The position numbers and the translations under genes were made by a program. From the NCBI GenBank assembly GCA_037379345.1, contig CM074514.1, positions 15,500,001 to 15,564,000 of the forward strand: DNA of 64,000 nucleotides, in the 5' to 3' direction. The stretch's first letter is position 1. Each line of letters starts with the position of its first letter. Source of the DNA: Perna viridis. Its lineage: Eukaryota. This document shows, one piece after another, positions 13,901 to 27,402 of the stretch. Under the pieces are notes generated by a model. It was not told the DNA's origin, did not search any database, and worked only from the letters and a program-made list of their open reading frames with translations.

Positions 13901-15750
13901 ACAACGCTTATCTATCCGTTGAACTACTTTACCAACAATTTCCAACATAGGAAACTTATAACAATAACAAACTTTTCTGGAGGTGGTACATATATAATAA
14001 CATGTCATACTAACAAGAATTCGAACAAATAATTTCCGTAAAACTGAGGTCAAGTTTAACAAAAGATGAGAAATTCATACATCGTTTTGCATATTATTAT
14101 TTAATTAGATGACGAACAAACTGGTAGATTAAAGTTATTGTATGACTACTAAAATGTCATAACTACAAATAAGTAGCAACACATACAGCATTCAAGCAGT
14201 CCCTGATCAATTAAACAAATCGAAAACCTTGTGGACGTAGCTGTTTCCTTTTAGAAGATGTGTTGGATATACCAGGTAATCATGGAGCAGGTATACATTA
14301 TTAATTAGACAATACCTGGAAATGATCATCACCATAATTATCTCTTCTAGCATTAACGTCTGTTTTATTCCTCAGAGAGGACAAAACTTTACATTTTCTC
14401 AAAGTCTAATAATGTTTGCATGACATCTCCTATTAACATAGTAGATAGAGCTTCTCTGTTCGATCATCCATGACATATTAACAGAGTGCATGAAATGTTG
14501 ACTTAGACTTTATCATTACACTACTTTTTCTCTATGTGCTTGTAAAGAGCAAAACAAATAGTGCACTTCCAATGCAAATGTAAGTTCTTTGTTTCTACTC
14601 TTAATACAGAATGAGTAATATCTAATCATTGTAAGCATATTATGTCACACAAGTAGAGAGTAAATGTAATAGAAATGGATTAATACTACAGCGAAAGGGG
14701 TTTTCTTTATCGCTGTAACCTTCCTTTTCAGCTTCGTTAAAACTGGTGGGGGGCATGTACTTATAAATACTGACTTAGGTGCACTCATTCAAGCTTTCTG
14801 CGATTAAAAACACCTTATTTTTTTTAAGAGAAAAATCCCGTTACAAATACAAGCGGATTTCTACATCTATTGAATGAATAAGATATACAAAGCTGCAACA
14901 GGATAACCACGGAGTGTAAAGCAGATACACATAACGAATCTCACTGTGAGTCTGTAAGAAGATGTAAATTCCATCAGATATCAAATGTATTAACCCTAAA
15001 CCTCCAACAAATTAGTGTAATATTATAGCAACCACTCTACAGACCAATGAAAGAAAGTATGTGGTGTCAATCATATATACATATACCAGAAGATATTATG
15101 GGTAAAACTTTTTCAGCTGTCAAATAACTAAAAACCCAAAACAGAAACCAAAATGCTGCGATGACAACTAGAAATAAACACAAACACGTACCACAAGATA
15201 AATGAATATCCACCTAAAGGCACCAATCCAGTGTATTTGGAGTGAATGTCCCTTATGTTAATTAGAACTGTATTAACTATATAGCCGTATGCTGTATCGA
15301 CGCGAAGATTTTCATAGAGTTCTTTCTTATTGGATATCGATAAAAAGATTAAAACACTGGACACTAAATATGTGGAATGATATTTAAAACTAATGTCTAA
15401 CATCCTGGAATAAACCACAGACAATGCTAAAATCGGATAATAAAACAAGTTCAAATTACAAGAGCTATACACTTGAAATTCGGACGTTTGTATCCCATAA
15501 AATGTCATACCTATACAGTGTCATGTCTACCTAGTAATGTTCAGTAAATGGAACAATACCCAAAACAAAACTATCTATTTAAAAGAAAATAGGAGAGGTG
15601 GCTTAAGTACATCGACCCTCTACCCCCAAATAAATATAAACACTTTCACTATTGCTGGTGATGAACTCAAATGTCAAAGTAGTTATTGGGACTACGATAT
15701 TGGAAAACATGTTCTCAATATAAAAAACATAAACTGTAAATATAACTTAG

Positions 15751-15826
15751 AATATCCCAAATATCAACCAAGCCAATATCCCAAATATCAACCAAACCAA
15801 TATCCCAAATATCGACCAAACCAATC
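15751..15826. repeat. 24-bp tandem repeat x3
   Basis: aatatcccaaatatcaaccaa(g/a)cc repeated; explains the QYPKYQP run in ORF 15537..15830. Confidence 0.85.
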
Positions 15827-17242
15827 TTAACTGTAACGAATAAAATCAGGTCCAACTTAGACTCATGACGGAAACACTTCAAAGTGCATGTAATGACAGT
15901 AAAGAAAAGGTCATCTCTGACGATTTTTTTAAAAGTTGGCCAATCAGTTTTAACTGATATGCATCATACAAAGGATGTAAATCTTAAGAACAGTATAGGC
16001 CCAAGGTAAAGTCATATGGCCTTTTACTGGTCAGATATAATGGAGATAAACTCTTAACATTCATTGCCCTGGGATGTTGGTTTTTCTTTCTGATAAAGAG
16101 ACGCCATTTACATGCCACCACATCTCTATCAAATATAAATGCTCTTACATGTACTTTGTCAATTGTTTTGCAGCTCAGTTCAAAATGCTGTATAGGTTCA
16201 ATAGTAATATGATCGTCTGAGATTTTCTTACCAAATACAAAACAATGGGATAAAACAGAAATTTTGATAGAGGTAGTACGGTACTTAACTTTTGTTAAGA
16301 AAAGTAAGGTCCTGCAAACTAATGTTATTTTGATCCTCTTCAATAGTATATTTAATCAACTAACTAGAATGAATAGATAAACTGACTGAAAGAGCACATT
16401 TGTCCACAATAAAACAGTCTTATTATAACACAATTATGATTTGTTTAAAACAAATAGTGTAACATGTGGTAATGTAAGGTATAGATATTATAGTTATTTA
16501 AAAAAAAATCGAAAATTATTAAAAAAGGGGAGTTTTTTAGAAATAAAATTTGTAAAGAGGTATACTTTGTAATTGATTTGATGGATTCTAGACCTGAAAC
16601 AAAACCAATAACTACCCTTGATGCACCAGTAAAAGCTAATTAACACATGTGAACAACGTCTACAATAGTGGTTTGTAAATAGAGAACAACAACTATCAGG
16701 AATACATGTGTATATGGCATAGTGACCATTATGAAAAGGAGAAAATCTCAGTTCCTATTATGAGCCTTTGACTGAAATAGAAACAAAATTATGAATGAGA
16801 ATGAGTAAGACAGATGAAAACGATGCTTCTAGTAAATATTGTACAGTGAAGGGCTGTCATTGTTGTTTTTATATAAAATTCCATTCGTTGGTGCCTAGTA
16901 GCGTTCAGTAATTTGAAGGTACTAGTTTAGCTGCAGATCTATCATATCAAGTATCGTGACCTTTAGTAAATCTTATTCGACGCAATAACCCCAAAAGTGC
17001 AAACTAAATAATTCTCGACAAACTGAATTCATGCTATAGAGACGCAAAACAAAACAAAACCTTATTCATGGGTTATTGGCTGACTTGAGAGTTTATCATA
17101 AAACAATGACTCTCTCGAAATGTTGGAGCATCTTAAACAGACAATTTAAATCAATATGAAATTTGAAAATTGCAGAAATGACTCCAGGTTTATAAAAAAT
17201 TCATCTTCCACATATGAAACAGAAAATAATTTAATGCAAATA

Positions 17243-17535
17243 AAAACCAGCGACACCATACATGAAGAAAAAACAACGACACCATACGAGAAGAAATAAC
17301 CAAAGACACCATGGAAAAATAAACAGACACACCATGGAAGAAATAACCAAAGTCACTATGGAAGAAATAACCAAACACCATGGAAAAATAATGGAAGAAA
17401 TACCCAAAGACACCATGGGAGAAATAACCAAAGACAAAATGAAGAAATAACCAGACACGTGGAAGAAATAACCAAAGACACCATACATTAAGAAACCCAG
17501 TTATTCTAAGCATGAAGAAGTAAAACCAAAGACAC
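17243..17535. repeat. Degenerate 22-24-bp minisatellite
   Basis: About 12 copies of GAAGAAATAACCAAAGACACCATG(G). Confidence 0.85.
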
Positions 17536-18981
17536 TAGTGTAGGAAAATGGAAATCTGAATGGACAGCAAGTATCAAAAACTGTATGTCATCACTCATGA
17601 TTCAAACTTGTTCACTTGGTTATAATGCTAGGTTGACACTAATTCATCACTGCCAAGTTAACGTTTAGAATATGAATAATAATAATTTATAATGCATATC
17701 ATTATATTATCAAATTGCAGTGTGCAGTTTTATGGTTAACTCAAATCATGTGTTTCAATAAAGGGTTGAGGCAACTTCTTTTGTTTTAAAAGTGGTTTTG
17801 AAATGGGAACATTACAAAATGACATTCAGACAATTGGTGTATTGGTTGATTACAGATTTGCACTGAATGAATATGACAAAATGTACCCTGCAATACCCCA
17901 TGGCTTAAGTTGGCTGTTTCATTTAAGTTGATACATTTTAATATTATGTTCCTTAAAAAGCTGCAAAATGAATTTGAGGCAGAATGAAATGCAATACTAT
18001 TCAATAGTCCACAAAATGGGTCATGTTACTAGAATGAAAATGTTTCCTTGTATAATGTGTATGTACACATTATATTTCATGAACGTTAAGGCGTACCGTA
18101 ACAGAATGATAACGTCACAGTTCATGTGTAATTGAAGACGTAAATTTTCACAACTTATTGACCTGGAATGTCCAGGATTAAAAATAAAGTGTTACACCAA
18201 CGACACACCGACCACCTGTAGCATATAATTAACTGAACATCCTTTTGTTGAATGAAGGATCGCTAACACAGGTCTTTTTATGTCCCTCTCTGGTATTTAT
18301 TAAACCTATTATTTCCTTATATTATGTTCCAAAATCTTTACACAGAGGATTAATACACGTGAAATAACACAACCATGGCAAATGAAAACAATCTCTTCTA
18401 TTTAATTTGATATGTTTCTCAACATTCGATTGTTTGTTTAAGTTTCTTACGGGATATATAGGAATAGCAGCTAGATGATTTTCTTTTGTCAGTTTGACAC
18501 AAAATCGTACTTTGCCTTCAACTAGCAATTATTTTTTATTGACAATTTGAAAATTGCTAGAAGGGACTATTGATTATGGGTTATTTTCCAACTGCAATTA
18601 TTATTTTCAAGAAAAATGTTAATTCATAGTGTGTGTTTTTGTACAAGCCTAAAAGGTGCGCACACCAACAACTTGATGTGATCGTCATATCCAAGTCATT
18701 TTCGTGGTTAAAATATGATATGACGGGAACATATAATGTCATCTTAGTTGACAAATTGCGTGGTATTATATTGTCAATGGGGTAAAACAGGGATCTGTTT
18801 AATAAACGAAACATTTATGTCCACTTGAACCCGGTAGCCATCATAAAAACAAGTAGTCTTACATCTGTAAATGGCATTTAAAATAGAATAACAAATATCG
18901 GTCTCTAAACACTAAAATAAGACTGAGAATAGGTTGTGTATTTACATTTTACTGGTTCAGTAAACAAACACATGGTCTTAC

Positions 18982-19219
18982 CTTTGACTGATTTCACTTT
19001 CTGTTCCTCATTGTTGTTGTTGCTGACCGGTACAGTTATTAGATTATTATTAACTTGTGATAAGATTGTTGTAGCTGCCTGTTGTAAGATGTCTGTTGTT
19101 GCCACTTGTATAATCTCAGCTGTTTCTACAGTTGACAGTTCTGCTGTCACTGTAACGGTCTCTTGTTCTTCTTCCTCCACGGTCTCTGGAGAGGGATCGC
19201 GATTGGCTTCTACTTCCAT
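18982..19219 (-). CDS. First coding exon of an unknown protein with an acidic, Thr/Val/Gln/Asn-rich N-terminus (MEVEANRDPSPETVEEEEQETVTVTAEL...EEQKVKSVK)
   Basis: 79 codons plus 1 nt with protein-like composition; strong donor AAG|gtaaga at 18981; exon acceptor atttacag at 19324-19323; upstream non-coding exon with donor CAG|gtaaga at 19511. The next exon is uncertain: acceptor at 16311 gives GPYFS* (stop 16297-16295), acceptor at 16593 gives GLESIKSIT... Confidence 0.7.
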
Positions 19220-19737
19220 GAGCCTTGCTTCAGCTGTTCTTGTGTGAAGTGATTTATATTATGGTAGGCTGACCAACCGCTAAAACCCCCGTCAGGTCCT
19301 CTTCTTAATTACTACAGTAAATCTGTAAATAGTTGCTATACAATAAAACATTGGAATCAATAAACCACAGTTTCATTCACAAAAAAAAAGTGGAATTGTC
19401 TCAAGCGAAACCTCCAAACACATGGTAAAATGTTGACAGTGCCCAACCATGTATGGAGGTCTGTGAATCGTAAATGAGAGCATACGACCGTGAAGACTGT
19501 GTTAATCTTACCTGTCAATACTAAGCAGTCGTCCGTAGCTAGGACAAGGCCCGTTAATGGATGTCTACCTGCCGATCCAGGTGTGTAAAGGTACCGCGGA
19601 GGAATACAGTCGGAAAACTAAATTCAATTTGATTAAAATGGATACACAAAACTTATGGACGACGTAAAGAAGCGTTTTCTATTTTAGTTATTGTGTCTAA
19701 TTTCCATCATACATATTTAAAGTTCGGAAAGAATGCT

Positions 19738-19763
19738 GATTGGTCGGCCATTCCTTTCCCGCC
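19738..19763 (-). promoter_or_regulatory. Putative promoter of the 19219 gene: CCAAT box plus E2F-like site
   Basis: ATTGG (CCAAT on the minus strand) at 19738-19742 and TTTCCCGCC at 19755-19763, about 120-140 bp upstream of the putative GC-richer first exon (about 19620-19512). Confidence 0.4.
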
Positions 19764-21499
19764 ATTAAATAGATATCGTCACAGCCCGAATGTGACATTC
19801 CTTATTCATACATTAGAAAACATTTTGTATGCAGGTATATATACACCTGAAACTTTAGGAAAATCGTCGTATTTTGAAGGAACCAATAAGTACTATTTTT
19901 TCCACTTCCTCGATCGATTTTAAAAATGGATTATCGACTTAGTGTGTTAGCTGTTGTACTATAAACAAATATGGAAGTTCAATTAAAACTTAAATGTGTA
20001 ACAGGAGAACTGTGTTACCGGATTGTAAATACACAATGTCATCTCTTGTTGCCGCATCGTGACAATGCAGAATATTGTCTCCCTTTCGCAATAGTAATTT
20101 GACAATTTAATGCGTTTTTATTTAGCTTTTGTAGTTTTGTCTTGACTAAGAACAATGTATAAACTTTCAGTTTATCGGTCTTTAATTAATAATCAGTCAA
20201 TGTAACAAAACAGTACGAATATAACTGAATCTGTGTAAGCAGTTGTACTGAAAATGTAAACATTTAAAAAAGAATGAAATTTATAATACAACTGAAATTC
20301 AACATGTTCCAAAGACCTGACTCTACACTTGACATACATAAATTAATAACTTAGAGTGTGTGTGTACATGGTATGTCATTCTATATTCTTCCTCGAGGGA
20401 GTACTAAAATAAAAACAAGTACATAGACCGACGTGTAGATGACAAGTGATTACTGACGTAATACAACGTAATATCTTAAACATCAAATCTGATTCCATTC
20501 ACGAAGATCTTGACATTCTACAAATTAAACATGTGTAAATTAAAGAGTACAAAAACATCGTTTGTTGATCACTTGATCGAATAGAAAAATGTTTGGAAAT
20601 GTTTTAAGATAAACCTTGGACAGTCTAACAGAAACTCAACACACATGACCCCAAAATAAGATGCTGGTTTAATCAAAATAAAATTCAAATAAAATTAATA
20701 TGTGCATAAATGACTTCCAACATGCAATACATTAACTTTATATAAGTCGTGTCTTTATAATATGTGATTTTATATTTTTACGTTGTGAAACCAAATAAAA
20801 ATATATCTCATGTTAGGAAATCAAACGGACAAAACTTTGCTACGAACACCAGTTTCCATTAATACAAAAGACTACTTCTATGCATTTAGTTTTTAAGGAT
20901 AAGAAATTGAAGAAATTCTGATGTTTTGTTCATTTCAAATCAATGCTAATCCGTGAAACCTTGGAATTTTCACAACCGACCTTTTGTAATATGAAATATC
21001 TAACTTTCAGTTACAAAAACAAAACCCTGTACTTCCCATATAACTAAGTTAAAATAGCAATAAGTCCTTATATAGGACGCTGTAATGGTCTGTGTTTACA
21101 ATATTTCATTTGGGTAGACTTCGTTATAAATTACTACCAGTCACAAAACCCGAGTACCAATATAAGGTACTGTTTTTGCAATTCATAAATTATTATCTGT
21201 TTTTGACAAGGATACGGCAATAAATTGTGCACGTTAACACTGAATATCCCAACTGATTTATTACCCGCACTTCTGTAAGTTTAAAACAGTTTTGAAATGG
21301 ACTTAACTAATTTTCACATACACAAACATTTATGATACTATTTTTACAAGTTAAAAAATTACAAAGACGAAAATGGACTGAACAGAAATTAATCATTTCA
21401 ACTTCAAAAGTTAATTGTCAAGATAGAGACAATAACCGCCCATATGTGTACAAACTAAATGTTCATTTGGGGGTACTTATATAAACAAGACGTACACGT

Positions 21500-21698
21500 T
21501 TTAAGGCAGGTTGCTGTTTTAAGGCAGGTCGCTGTGTTAAGGCTGGTTGCTGTTTTAAGGCAGGTTGCTGTGTTAAGGCTGGTTGCTGTGTTAAGACAGG
21601 TTGCTGTGTTAAGGCATGTTGTTGTGTTAAGGCAGGTTGCTGTGTTAAGGCATGTTGTTGTGTTAAGGCTGGTTGCTGTGTTAAGGCAGGTTGCTGTT
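21500..21698. repeat. 18-bp minisatellite, about 11 copies
   Basis: Unit ttaaggcaggttgctgtg; produces the spurious VLRQVA / TATCLN ORFs. Confidence 0.95.
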
Positions 21699-24434
21699 TT
21701 CTTTTTTTTTCTTTTTTTTTGTTTGTTTCCTAGGAAACACGATACAGTACCACATTGGTTTGTAATACCCAATATTATTACCTAATAACACACTGCGTCG
21801 TTTATTGCTCGTTTAATTTGAAAATGAAGAATTTGTCACAGTTTGTAATACTACCATAATCGTGTCTTTAATCTCAATAATGGTCGAGATTTGTGGACAC
21901 TGAAGGGCGAACTATATGTATGGATATTTAACGAGACGTCACGTACTCCTGCTTAATTCCTTCTAATGTCCTTGTTTTTTTTTGTAAACCATAAAATCTC
22001 CGACGAGACCCTCTCGTAGTTATTATGTGAAGACGTTTGAGTAAATTTAGGATACATTTTTATATTTTAACATATTTAAATTGACTGGTGAAGACATGTA
22101 GGCAAACACGAAAGATCTGGCCATAAAACTTATTTTCTTTCAAATTAAAAAGAAAACTTCTCGGACTTTACACTAAAACACTGATAGTCGTAGATGTTGT
22201 AAAATTCGAGGTCGTGTTTGGTTAGTCGGCTCCTGTTTCATTAGCGGAGTCATTCCCCTATTGAATGTAATTGCGGGTAGTTATGTGGGGAATATTATTA
22301 AATTCCAATAGGTAGACAATTCAAATAGCACAATGGAAGTGTTATTCAGTTTTCTATTTAACACACCTATTGAGATCGACTTAGAACAGAAGCAAACAAT
22401 ACCTCTTTCATTATGGTTCTTACTGTACAAACCTCCTACAGGCAAGGCTAGTACTTAAACGGAATTAAAACTGCTTAAATGTATTATAAATATGTAATAA
22501 TAAATCTTAATAACCACTGAAAACTTAACGCATTTCTGAAAGAACAATATCAGAGAATTTTTATTTCGCTTTTTATTTAAAGTATGTACATGTTGTTAAC
22601 TAATCTAAAAGGGTGTGAAATACATGTACCTCATTTAATTCAATGCTCCCCGCTTTTCGCTATACACAAAAAAATAACTAAATAGATGTTGTTCCGTGAA
22701 AATCTGAGTGAAAAACTCCGCCAGTTTCATTGCCAGTAGATACTCATTTTGTCTCAGCAGTACGTTGGTGATAAAAAGACATGCCCACTTTTATAAGAAG
22801 ACGACGTACAACCGTTGTGATGTGTCGGACGAAGAAGACACTTTAATCGTGGACTTGAGACACCATATTATAAACAATAAATAAAACTAGTCTATTAAAA
22901 CTAATTAAATTTCATAGAAATTTAAAAACTTCTACCACCAGAAATGATATAAAACAGTAAACTATCGAACATGTCGAAGTAAGTGAATATTATACACGGC
23001 AATACACAACACTAACGTCCACAAATAGTATGTAAGACACGAGTTCGATAGCGACTGTGTTTCAATTGTTTTATCGGTTCATAAAACAAATAACAATGCA
23101 GAGCAGTGGTATAACAGTACCCGATCAAGTGTGAAAGGAATCAATAAGAAATAGTATTAGTCGACAAACCTTGGAAATGATGCGTGTCAGCCAGTCATCG
23201 ATGACGAACAAAGCCAATATACAAACTGCTTTCAAACTCACTCAACCCGAGTCAAATCCAAGTTTAGAATGCGCTTGACACCCTAGGTAAAACTACCCGG
23301 ATTGAAACAAGTTGTTATACGTCTGTTTAAACACCCCTCTGGCATACTTTGTCAAACAACAAAAGACTGCCAAAATTAAACCACCATTCACATGTCAATT
23401 TAATTTTAAACTAATCAGAAAGATTAACGGTAATTGAATTTGTAATGAAATTTATATAAATTCTTATTTTTAATAATTATGTAAAAATACCTTCAAATCA
23501 TTCGTTCCTGCTTATGTACTGTCAATTACAGTTGTTTTTGTAAGTTTTTAATGGTGTTGAATGAAGTATAATCTGCTTTGAATAATTACAAGGGGTCAAT
23601 TCTCAGACCAGAATAAAATTACTACTTGTACGTGTATGCAATCATACTGGTACGTGTATATAATCATTATTCTTGACCACTATGACCCTATCGTAAATTT
23701 CGCAACAAGAAAGAGTTATTTCCACATTTTGTTAGGTCGTTCTATATATTCTAAACGCACAATTAACATTAACCTCAATTACTTCTTAATCATAATACAT
23801 CATAAAAGTATCACAAAAAACACAGACTACAGCACTGAACGACTGGCGTATGACAAATCGCAAGAGTTGACTTTTTTTCAGTTGGTGCATTCACATTTCA
23901 TCATTTGAAAAGAAGCTGCCAAAATAAGCTACTGCTGCTACATATTTCTTTTTTCCTAATATCATGTCTTAATCCACATTAATTATTTATCTTTCCGGTT
24001 TTATTCTTTTTTTCTTAAGCGACGACCCCTAGGAATAACAGTCATCTTGGATTACCCAGAATTCCCATGTACACCTCCACATAATGGCAAATTTTGGGTT
24101 TAATTCATCTAAGCCGTTTTTGAGAAGATACTCTGTCAAAGTATAAAAGAAATAAAAACTGTAACATATCACGAGACACCAAACCTCTTGGGATCTCATT
24201 TGCACGTTTTGCCTTATACATGTATACAAACTGTAAAGGGTTCTATATTCTATTCACTTATCAACCAATACTACTGACTACCTACACAAGCATTCGTGAT
24301 GTTAGCAATAAGCCAAAACAACTATGTCTTTTCGCCAATTTACTGAATTTCAAAAACTTTAGAATGAACTTTCTATTCATAAAATAATTCAAAAGAGATC
24401 TACAACATGAAACTTCATCTCCATGGATTCATAA

Positions 24435-24742
24435 AGGCCCATTTTCCTGTCAAAGTTAGTCATAAAGTTTCGATGAAAGCACTCTGTTTTCGTTGTATGT
24501 TTACATGATCAAAGTTAGGTAGTTAAAATCCGTCATATGGACAAGAAATCAAGCACCTGCTAATCCAAAAATTCATTTTGATTGGTCAATCAAAATCCGT
24601 CAAAGTCAATTGAAAAATAGGATGGAGTTCTATTCCATCAAAGTTTGTCAAAATCCATCAACGTTTTTTGTCAAAAGTTTCGATTATGGTTTACACAGTA
24701 AAAAAACTACTCAAAGAAAACTTTGATCTTGTAAACGGGCCT
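24435..24742. mobile_element. Non-autonomous TIR element, PIF/Harbinger-like
   Basis: Left AGGCCCATTTTCCTGTCAAAGTT matches the reverse complement of the right end (AGGCCCGTTTACAAGATCAAAGTT); internal repeats of GTCAAA/ATCAAA motifs. Superfamily inferred from the GGCCC termini. Confidence 0.6.
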
Positions 24743-25111
24743 GAAGATTCATTCCTAGACTATGGGGTAGGAATTAGAATTACTTTAATTTGTTATGTCC
24801 CCTTTCGTTGTAAGATGTTGGTTATGTCTTACTTTCTAAGTCCCCATCCTATTTGCCTGGAAAGGTGTTCTCGACTTTTTCTCGAAGTTATTTGTACCTG
24901 GTTTCCGCAGGTTGTATTGTATTGTTTGCTGAACTATATATTCAACAATCTAATATATTTTTAAAACACTCCAAATCAAATCAGATACATAAAATTCATG
25001 TCCCTTGACAAAATGCCAAAACAAAAAATGTTAGAATTGAAATCAATTTATACTTAAAAAAAACTGCGCTTAAGTGTCAGTTTGTACATGTGTTCTGCAT
25101 TACATTACATA

Positions 25112-26145
25112 AACCCCTGTCACTGTCCTGACACATAGAAACTAGTCAATAAACACTACTAACAAATAGAGACCAGTCAATTAACACTGTACTGACACAT
25201 AGAGACTAGTCAACACACACTATACTGACACTGAGACCAGTCAATAAACACTGTATGGACACATAAAGACTAGTCAATACACACTGTACTGACACATAGA
25301 GACTAATCAATATACTCCCTATTGACACATAGAGACCAGTCAATAAACACTGCACTGACACACAGAGACTAGTCAATACATACTGTACTGACAACTAGAG
25401 ACTAATCAATAAACACTCTACTGACACATAGAGACTATCACTGTACTGACACATAAAGAATAGACAATAAACACTGTACTTACAAATAGAGACTAGTCAA
25501 TAAAACACTGTACTTAAAAATAGAGACTAGTCAATAAAACACTGTACTATCAAATAGAGACAAGTCAATAAACACTGTACCAACACACACAGACTAGTCA
25601 ATAAACACTGTACTTACAAATACAGACTAGTCAATAAAACACTGTACAACACAGAGACTAGTCAATAAACACAGTACTGACACACAGAGACTAAATAAAA
25701 CACTGTACTAACACACAGAGACTAGTCAATAAATACTGCCTGACACATATAGACCCGTCAATTAACACTGAACTCAGAAAAAGGGACCAGTAAATAAACA
25801 CTGTACTAACGAATAGAAACTAGTCAATAAACAATGTACCAACACACAGAGACTAGTCAATAAACAATGTACCAACACACAGAGACTAGTCAATAAACAC
25901 AGTACTGACAGAGACTAAATGAAACACTGCACTAACACACAGAGACTACTCAATAAACATTGTGTTCATACATATAGACCAGTCAATTAACACTGAACTG
26001 ACAAAGAGACCAGTCAATAAACACTACTGACACAGTGAGACAAGTCAATAAACATTGTACTGAGACATAGAGACTAGTCAATAAACACTACTGACAGAGA
26101 TTAGTCAATATACATTGTACTGACACATAGACACTAGTCAATAAA
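25112..26145. repeat. 33-bp minisatellite, about 30 copies
   Basis: Consensus gagactagtcaataaacactgtactgacacata. Confidence 0.95.
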
Positions 26146-27200
26146 AGAACTTGATTTTACTATCCTATGATTAATAGTCTGAAGCCATCCATTATACATT
26201 TTCAATAATTTAAAGGTAAAATCATCTTTTTTCTGTATTTAAAGGATTTGAGATCGATACAATAGATCAGGTAGCCTTGTCATAATCAATATGGATTGTT
26301 AAATAAATCCTACTTCTCTTGGAATTCTTTAACTGATAATAGCATGACTGAGAACTTGAAATGGAATTCAGTCGACTTACTTCTAGCACACCCAAGAGTT
26401 TGAAAAAGATCAACTAGACTGATTACTAAAATAAAAGCTCTCAAATACTGGGTCAAAGCAGGAAAAAATAATTGATTTCTCTACTAAAAGGGGGTTGTGT
26501 TGATCACCCATTACTTTCAGCCAGCTTTAAGCTTCTGCAAAGGGATTAACTGTGTGTCTTGATTGAAAACAAAGTGTCTTTGCAGTTCATGCAAATGTTG
26601 CATTGAAATGGAAAAATTGAATACAAAAATTAATCTAAGCCTATATTAGAAATTACAGCTAAATCTTGAAGAATTACTCATTTCATTGGACAATTGTTTG
26701 TGACGAAAATGAAGTGTATGGCCAAAGTCTTTAAAATATGTCAACAATAACAAGACCTTTGATATCATGACATTTTCTGGCATAATATAAAGTTGTTCAA
26801 GCTTGTGTTCTATATTCTAAGTTTTTTGATAAAAACAAATCTAATTTTGATACAAAGCAGTTTAAAACTGTATACAAAATATATGACAATTCTGACAAAA
26901 TTTGACTCATCAACTTGTAAACTAAGTATGTCAGTTTTCTTTACCATTTTAACTTTTAAAAATATGGAAATAAAACATTTCAGAAAATAACCCAGAATTT
27001 TACCATGATAGGTCAGGAACTGATCTTCATGAAACTACCCTCTTCAATTCAACTAAATATAATATAAAAAGCTCATCTTGTACAATTGTGAAAAAAATTA
27101 GCAACATCGCTCTCCTCCTAATGAGAAACACCATAAATAAATTTTATGTGAACATTTAACATCTATACAGTCACTGAATAATAATATTAGGTATCATATA

Positions 27201-27402
27201 CTGTGAAAGTGCTATGGTTCGTGGGGTACCAATTTTTGTGGCTTTCGTGGGTAGGTCAAACCATGAAATTTGGTTCCCAAAGAGAAGAGATTCCTGATGT
27301 GTACCCTGAAAACCTCAAAACCACGAATTCAAGAATCCACAAATTTGTGTTTCTTCCCTGATCCACGAAAATTGATATCCACAAATTTATGTACTTTTAC
27401 AG
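27201..27402. mobile_element. MITE with TA target duplication (Tc1/mariner-type non-autonomous)
   Basis: TA-CTGTGAAAGT ... ACTTTTACAG-TA; internal TTCGTGG / CCACGAA inverted motifs. Confidence 0.75.

Noticed and set aside
18936-19247. 103-aa hydrophobic plus-strand ORF
   Set aside because: Antisense shadow of the 19219-18982 coding exon.
21455-21785. ORFs of 105 and 108 aa with TATCLN / VLRQVA repeats
   Set aside because: Artefact of a stop-free 18-bp minisatellite open on both strands.
24029-24230. 66-aa minus-strand ORF with a good acceptor
   Set aside because: The sequence (cttctcaaaaacggcttagatgaattaaacccaaaatttg) resembles the internal unit of HINE-type repeats rather than a protein.
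25112-26145. 33-bp periodic array as a possible CRISPR
   Set aside because: Units are contiguous degenerate copies with no unique spacers, there are no cas genes, and the context is eukaryotic; it is a minisatellite.
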